Assembly (NCBI GenBank): GCA_030668875.1
Contig: DAOVER010000012.1
Location: 1-32,000, forward strand
Length of the DNA: 32,000 nt
Source: Candidatus Heimdallarchaeota archaeon
Lineage (GTDB): Archaea; Asgardarchaeota; Heimdallarchaeia; Heimdallarchaeales; Heimdallarchaeaceae
Direction of reading: 5' to 3'
Made by a program: the position numbers and the translations under genes. The notes below the pieces were generated by a model, which was not told the origin of the DNA, ran no database searches, and saw nothing but the letters and a program-made list of their open reading frames with translations. Shown here piece after piece: positions 26,929-32,000 of this stretch. The first letter of the stretch is position 1; each line of letters opens with the position of its first letter.

Positions 26929-27276
26929 ATGAATAATCATGGTTTTGCACACATAGAACTCCCAGCTAAAGACCTAGAAAAAACAAAAGAGTTCTACGAA
27001 TCTGTCTTTGAGTGGGGAGAGGTAATTCAGACAGGCTTCGATGATTATACTTTTTTCAAAGAAACAGAAGACAGTATTGGTGGAGCTTTTCAGAAATCAG
27101 ACAAAACAACTAATGGTGAAGTTACATTGTATATCAATACAGATGACATTGATTTATCTTTAGAAAAAATCAAGGACGCTAAAGGAGAGATTGTTCAAAA
27201 AAAGACTCAAGTTTCTGAAGAACATGGGTTCTATGCTTTGTTTAAGAACCTTTCTGGTAATGTAATGAGTCTCTGA
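26929..27276 (+). CDS. VOC (glyoxalase/bleomycin-resistance) family protein, possibly truncated by 4 aa
   Basis: FAHIELPAKDLEKTKEFYESVFEW, GGAF, LYINTDDID and FYALFKNLSGNVMSL*; TGA sits where the family usually has Trp. Confidence 0.85.
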   Translation: MNNHGFAHIELPAKDLEKTKEFYESVFEWGEVIQTGFDDYTFFKETEDSIGGAFQKSDKTTNGEVTLYINTDDIDLSLEKIKDAKGEIVQKKTQVSEEHGFYALFKNLSGNVMSL

Positions 27277-27466
27277 TCTAGAAATTAAACTGACCGAGTC
27301 CTTATTCTACTGGTGTTTTACAAAGATTTACGTGGATTAGTTTGTCTCAATGATTCCTTCAAAAATTAAGTGGTTGCTGATATATTTCGATGATTCTTAC
27401 ACAAATTTTTTAAAGGAAGAATTAGTAATGAAACAACAAGAAACAATTCTAAAGGTGAAAATAAGA

Positions 27467-27625
27467 ATGGCTAAAGAGTGTCCTAAATGTCACAGTAAAA
27501 ATCTCAAAGAAGTAGAGGATAAATCGAAAGTGATTGCATATTTCAACCATCAACCAATCTATAGAAAGAAAGCTGTTTGTCGAGAATGCACTTATGAATG
27601 GTTCCCTGAAGGTGGAGCAGAGTAA
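27467..27625 (+). CDS. Small zinc-ribbon protein (CxxC...CxxC), 52 aa
   Basis: MAKECPKCHSKN...VCRECTYEW; ATG 27467 has an upstream AGGTGA SD. Confidence 0.75.
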   Translation: MAKECPKCHSKNLKEVEDKSKVIAYFNHQPIYRKKAVCRECTYEWFPEGGAE

Positions 27626-27724
27626 ACTAAATTAAATCATGTTTTTAATTTTCTCCACTTTTACTTCCTCCTTCCTTTTAAGGGATATGTATACTCCTGC
27701 TTACATCAATTGTAGGTTCAAATT

Positions 27725-28900
27725 ATGAAGATAACTACTTTTCTCAAGAAATACCTATTCAGAATATTAGTTGTTCTTCTCATGTTAGCTGCACTAACAT
27801 TCTTTTTCGTAGACCTAGCAAATAGAGATGAGCTAGGAGAAGCTTTTACACGTTTAGCAACGGCAAAAGAGCTATATTTAGTATTAGCGGCTCTACTAAT
27901 GTTAGTAAGTATGATTATCAAAGCATACAGATTTTTCATTCTAATAAAGCCATCAAGTCCTAGACTTAAGTTCCACAAATTTCTGCTTCCATTTTTCCTT
28001 GGCTATGGGTTTAGCACCTTGGGCCCATTGAAATCTGGAGAAATTGCAAGTGTTGAAATCAACAAAAGATCATTATCTATTCCCCGTTCATCATCTTTAG
28101 CAGCGATAGCTTTTTTCAGAGTGTTTGATTTATTTGTTGTTTTAATTCTGTTTATTATTGGTTTAGGAACAACAATCCCTAGAATGGTAGAGGAGCAATA
28201 CACAGTTTATCTAAATATTATTTTCTATATTTCTTTAACAGGGACAATTGTTCTATCCTTTTTACTGTTCTTCCCCCCAGTTGGTAGAGTGTTCTTACGT
28301 GGAGTAAAGGTAATTGTAGGAAAGATATCTCTGAAGGGAATAAAATGGTTGAACACTACAATAGATCCAGCCCTTGAAAATTACTATACATCTCTACAAT
28401 ATCTTTACAAACAAATTTTCTTAGCATTGTTGGTCATCTGGACTACACTAATAAGATGGTTTCTAGAGTTTTATTCATTTAAACTAACAATGATGGCATT
28501 TGGTGAAAATATTTCCCTTTTTGATGCCGCCTCTATTTCATCAATTACATTATTTGTAGGAATCCTCACCTTTGTTCCAGCTGGCTTGGGTACAGGAACA
28601 CTTACAACACAGTATCTTCTAGAACAATTGATTGCAGCACCAACAGTTGTAGCTAAACCATCAAGTGAATTAATTAGAACATTTTACAGTGGCTTAGGAT
28701 CATTTACTATACTACCGGCAATTGCAGCAGCATCAGTAATCTTTCAAACCATTGTTGGAACTGGTGTAACATTATCTGTAGCAGCAATATCTTCATTTTT
28801 TGTAAAAGAACAAGAAAAAAAGGAAAAGGAGGAAAATAAAGAGGAAAACAAAACTGAAGTGGTAGACGTTATAGAGATAGATGAAAGAAAAGTTCGTTAA
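27725..28900 (+). CDS. Lysylphosphatidylglycerol-synthase TM / UPF0104 flippase-like membrane protein
   Basis: Multiple TM helices with KAYRF, PLKSGE, FRVFD and FVPAGLG motifs. Confidence 0.85.
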   Translation: MKITTFLKKYLFRILVVLLMLAALTFFFVDLANRDELGEAFTRLATAKELYLVLAALLMLVSMIIKAYRFFILIKPSSPRLKFHKFLLPFFLGYGFSTLGPLKSGEIASVEINKRSLSIPRSSSLAAIAFFRVFDLFVVLILFIIGLGTTIPRMVEEQYTVYLNIIFYISLTGTIVLSFLLFFPPVGRVFLRGVKVIVGKISLKGIKWLNTTIDPALENYYTSLQYLYKQIFLALLVIWTTLIRWFLEFYSFKLTMMAFGENISLFDAASISSITLFVGILTFVPAGLGTGTLTTQYLLEQLIAAPTVVAKPSSELIRTFYSGLGSFTILPAIAAASVIFQTIVGTGVTLSVAAISSFFVKEQEKKEKEENKEENKTEVVDVIEIDERKVR

Positions 28901-29619
28901 ATCCCTCTCTTTAATCGATTTATTAGAAATGGATGAAATTGTAAATCTTCCATCTTTTTACTGGTTGTTTCAATATCATATTCTAGTCGAACATGCTCAT
29001 ATTCAAAGTCCTTGCTTTTTTCATTTATTTTGAAAATCATAAAAGAAGCTCTTGAATCATTATCTCGGGGTTGACCTACGGAACCAGGATTAAAAAGATG
29101 CTTTTTCTCATTTACGATGTGTAATGGTTTATGAGTGTGCCCTACGAATAGAAAATCTATTTCTGTGAACTCTCTTGTAATTTCAAAAAACATATTGTAT
29201 GACCATGAAGGCAAATTTGGAGAAACATAATCTCGTAAAGGTTCTCTTGGAGAACCATGAACAAACATTGCGTTTCCTTCAGAAATGAAAAGTGGAAATA
29301 TGGAAAATAGTGGGTGAGACCCCAGAAGTTGAATTTCTTGATCTGATAGTTGTTCTTTTGTCCACAAAAGTGATAGCTTTGGAAGTGGATTAAAATGGAT
29401 GAAGTTATTAGTAAAAAGTGCATAATCGTGGTTACCTACTACATGGATTTGTGACATACTCTCAACAACTTTTATACATTCCTTGGGGTTAGGTCCGTAT
29501 CCAACTGTGTCACCTAAGTAAATAATAATGTCAGGTGATAGGTCTCTGATTTGATCACTAACTACATTTAGAGCTTCAAGATTTGAATGCACATCAGAGA
29601 ATATTGCAAGGGTAATCAT
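28897..29619 (-). CDS. Metallophosphoesterase (YfcE/PPP-like)
   Basis: SDVHSN, LGDTVGYG, GNHD, HGSP, GHTH and NPGSVGQPRD motifs. Confidence 0.92.
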   Translation of the reverse strand: MITLAIFSDVHSNLEALNVVSDQIRDLSPDIIIYLGDTVGYGPNPKECIKVVESMSQIHVVGNHDYALFTNNFIHFNPLPKLSLLWTKEQLSDQEIQLLGSHPLFSIFPLFISEGNAMFVHGSPREPLRDYVSPNLPSWSYNMFFEITREFTEIDFLFVGHTHKPLHIVNEKKHLFNPGSVGQPRDNDSRASFMIFKINEKSKDFEYEHVRLEYDIETTSKKMEDLQFHPFLINRLKRGI

Positions 29620-29688
29620 TAGTAACTCTCAAACAAGGTTTACTCTTAAAGTATAATAAGATTTTTCAGAAAAAGAAAAAGTTAAAGA

Positions 29689-30621
29689 TTATTTAGATCT
29701 CCACTGTTTCTCCATTTCAATGATTTCGTCTGATACAATCGTTTGTAACTTTTGTGGGGCTACTTCAAATGATACATTTGTTGCTCCATAACTCAGAATT
29801 TCTCCTTCAAGCTCAATAGGTAGAGGTTTAGCCATCTCCAATGTAACTTTCTTAGCTCGAAGATAATAAACGCCTTCTCTTCCAAGATGTTTTCCCGGTT
29901 TCAACGCATTCAGGAGATTTATTTGACTCATTTTTCTAATATCCCTTACATAAAGCACAGCAAAATCATCCATGAAATGGTAGTTATCAGGTAACACATT
30001 AAAACCTCCACCAAATCTACTACCTGGACCAACAGCCAGCATCACTAAGCCAACATCTTCTAACACTTGATCATCGATTGTTATAGTAGATTTAACTAGT
30101 CGATATTGGAGAAGCTTCTTGAAAGCTAAATAGTAGTATTTCAAAAAGCCTTTTAACCACTTTGCTTCTGTGAAGGAAGCAACTGATACAGTTGCACCAA
30201 CTCCGGTATCTGCAACGTTTATAAAATACCGTTTATCACCATTAGTTTCTGCAATTCCAACAGTTACTCCAATTGTCTTGCCTACTTCTAGAATATCTAA
30301 GCTTCTATTGAAATCATCATCGAAATCTAAGCTAATGGAAAAATCATTGCCATTTCCAAGAGGGATTATACCAAATTTTGTGTCAGTTCCATATAAACCA
30401 TTAGCAACTTCATTTATTGTTCCATCTCCCCCTACAGCAACAACACAATCAAAGTCCTTTTCCATTTCTTTTACAATTTCTATTGCATGGCCTTGGTGTT
30501 GAGTGTATATCGATTTATGATCAAGTCCTCTTTTTAATATCTCTTCCTCAACAATTGGCCACGTTTTTCCAATTCCTCCGTTGCGAGCGTTTGGATTAAT
30601 AACGAAAAGATAAGTTGTCAT
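29689..30621 (-). CDS. Diacylglycerol/sphingosine-kinase family lipid kinase (YegS-like)
   Basis: INPNARNG, VGGDGTINEVANG, PLGNGNDF and FGGG motifs. Confidence 0.92.
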   Translation of the reverse strand: MTTYLFVINPNARNGGIGKTWPIVEEEILKRGLDHKSIYTQHQGHAIEIVKEMEKDFDCVVAVGGDGTINEVANGLYGTDTKFGIIPLGNGNDFSISLDFDDDFNRSLDILEVGKTIGVTVGIAETNGDKRYFINVADTGVGATVSVASFTEAKWLKGFLKYYYLAFKKLLQYRLVKSTITIDDQVLEDVGLVMLAVGPGSRFGGGFNVLPDNYHFMDDFAVLYVRDIRKMSQINLLNALKPGKHLGREGVYYLRAKKVTLEMAKPLPIELEGEILSYGATNVSFEVAPQKLQTIVSDEIIEMEKQWRSK

Positions 30622-30674
30622 AATATAAGGAATTTTTTGCTCTTATTTAAACATTCATGCGAAAAATAAGGAAC

Positions 30675-30763
30675 TGGAGCCTCAGAGGGGATTCGAACCC
30701 CTGCCCTGTGACTTTCTCGATAGTTTACGAGATCACTGCTCTGGCCATCTGAGCTACCGAGGC
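30675..30763 (-). tRNA. tRNA-Thr(CGT) with a 12-nt intron at 37/38 (30714-30725), CCA encoded
   Basis: Minus strand: GCCTCGG/CTGAGGC acceptor stem, GTGAT-CTCGTA-[AACTATCGAGAA]-A-GTCAC; exon CTCG pairs with intron CGAG to form the BHB central helix; T arm AGGGG-TTCGAAT-CCCCT. Confidence 0.92.
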
Positions 30764-30917
30764 ATTGTTTATCCTTTTCTCTAGATAGATTTAAAGATTT
30801 TATGTATAGGTTCATTTACATTGATTAAGTGAGACTTGTTCATTATATTGTGAATTTTAGAGAGAGAATCTCACATAAAATGAAGAAAAGAATAATGATG
30901 ATTTTCTTTATTTCTTA

Positions 30918-31964
30918 TTATTCCATTGGAAAGGCGGCATATCCTCTGAACTCAATCCAGTCCCTTAGTTCATCTTCTATTATTTCTTGTATTGCATCTT
31001 GGTCTAGATCTTTAGACATGTTTTCATCTGTTGTTAACATAGCCATAACATAACGTTCGCCACTGAATTTCAAATCACGAAGAATGAAAATTTCATTTAC
31101 ATTGTCATCTAGAGTATACCGTCTAATTCTTAGAAAGGGTTCTCGTATATCAACAATTGATTCGATTGCATCATAATATGCATTATGAGCTAAGTCTTCA
31201 AGCTCTTCTTCTTTTGCAAATCTAGCAAAACAGACATTGCTTCTGAAATCGTACAAACCAAAGAAATCTGAATCTAGCCCCTCAGCAACACTTTTTGTGG
31301 CTTGCTGCACACCCTCTTGTATTAAGGAAATTCCTCTAAATATGTGTGAGAATGCACCAAGAATAGATGAACGAATTCTAACACTTGTTCTAAAGAAATC
31401 TTTTGCAGGATTAAAGTAAGGACATTTATCAGCCATGTATTCAATGATGGAACTGAAAACCTCTGCACTTTTATCGTCAATCTCATATTCAGGATCTGAT
31501 TTGTGGAAGAAAATTTTCCAAGGAACTTTAATTTTGAGATTGTTTGCTACATTAATAATTTGTTTTAGATATTCAAAACTTTCTTGGAATCTATCTTTAG
31601 CTTGTATATCTATCACATAGATTATAGTATCTGTTCCAACAAAATATTGCTGTGGATTTTCTAAATAATCTTCACGGTAAATACTTTGCCCTCCTAACTC
31701 GTGAAGATGAACATCCATTCCAAAAACTTCAATTTTGCTGCGAAGAAGACCGCGGGTTGGTGTTAATCCATTTAATCTCTGGAATAAAGAGGATAATGCA
31801 CCCCTATGTTTTAATGCGATTGAAAGAGAAGTTTTTCCAGCGTTGTCAATACCAACCATTATTATTTTTGCACCAGTAGTGACTTTCTCTGTTTCCTCAA
31901 CTAATAAAAGTCTGCTAGCAGCTATCCAACTATTTATTCTCTCTTTGGGGACTTTCTTAGCCAT
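30918..31964 (-). CDS. Rag/Arf-like small GTPase fused to a C-terminal roadblock/longin-like domain
   Basis: G1 GIDNAGKTS, G2 TPTRG, G3 ELGGQ, G4 HKSD, G5 TSV; about 130-aa C-terminal alpha-beta-beta-alpha-beta-beta-beta-alpha-like extension. Confidence 0.85.
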   Translation of the reverse strand: MAKKVPKERINSWIAASRLLLVEETEKVTTGAKIIMVGIDNAGKTSLSIALKHRGALSSLFQRLNGLTPTRGLLRSKIEVFGMDVHLHELGGQSIYREDYLENPQQYFVGTDTIIYVIDIQAKDRFQESFEYLKQIINVANNLKIKVPWKIFFHKSDPEYEIDDKSAEVFSSIIEYMADKCPYFNPAKDFFRTSVRIRSSILGAFSHIFRGISLIQEGVQQATKSVAEGLDSDFFGLYDFRSNVCFARFAKEEELEDLAHNAYYDAIESIVDIREPFLRIRRYTLDDNVNEIFILRDLKFSGERYVMAMLTTDENMSKDLDQDAIQEIIEDELRDWIEFRGYAAFPME

Positions 31965-32000
31965 TTTAGCGTATTGATCACTCCATTTGGTAGAGAGATT

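Noticed and set aside
27274-27276. In-frame TGA as selenocysteine or genetic-code reassignment
   Set aside because: The homologous residue is Trp, not Cys; no SECIS was recognised; and TGA is a normal stop in other genes here (e.g. 7071, 8710, 22500).
28805-28860. A/G-rich low-complexity tract as a tandem repeat or CRISPR
   Set aside because: It encodes a Lys/Glu-rich protein tail. No regularly spaced repeats were seen anywhere in the window.
10643-30763. tRNA genes as integration sites for mobile elements
   Set aside because: No duplicated tRNA 3' ends and no integrase or transposase genes are visible in the window.
30618-30815. 65-aa minus-strand ORF
   Set aside because: It runs through tRNA-Thr and has no protein-like features.
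1877-31977. Numerous short antisense or overlapping ORFs in the track (e.g. 1877-2083, 4625-4903, 7483-7680, 15664-15963, 19895-20119, 24622-24900, 30170-30502, 31735-31977)
   Set aside because: They lie opposite or inside well-supported genes and show the Ser/Phe/Leu/Ile-rich composition typical of reverse-complement shadows.

Overview
AT-rich archaeal chromosomal window, most likely from an Asgard archaeon, probably Heimdallarchaeia. The lineage is inferred from archaeal information-processing genes (proteasome alpha/beta, Tsr3, archaeal-type RNase P RNA, a tRNA with a BHB-type intron) together with eukaryote-signature-like proteins (Rag-like GTPase with a C-terminal roadblock/longin-like domain, TPR-longin protein, alpha-SNAP-like repeat protein). 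It holds about 30 CDS, three tRNAs (Arg-GCG, Arg-CCT, intron-containing Thr-CGT) and rnpB. The most striking element is a single-pass membrane protein (12664-14418) with a sequon-rich extracellular Ig/CARDB-like region and an apparently intact cytoplasmic Regnase-1/Zc3h12a-type PIN/NYN RNase, i.e. a receptor-RNase architecture. It lies in a co-directional run rnpB - receptor-RNase - wHTH - psmB - psmA - beta-CASP nuclease. Also present: an apparently complete bacillithiol pathway (bshA, bshB-like, bshC) with a non-canonical TrxR-like flavoprotein and a VOC protein, and a small accessory islet with an AbiV-like gene frameshifted in a 10-nt homopolymer. No CRISPR array, integrase or transposase was seen. 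All family calls come from motif recognition by eye, not database searches.
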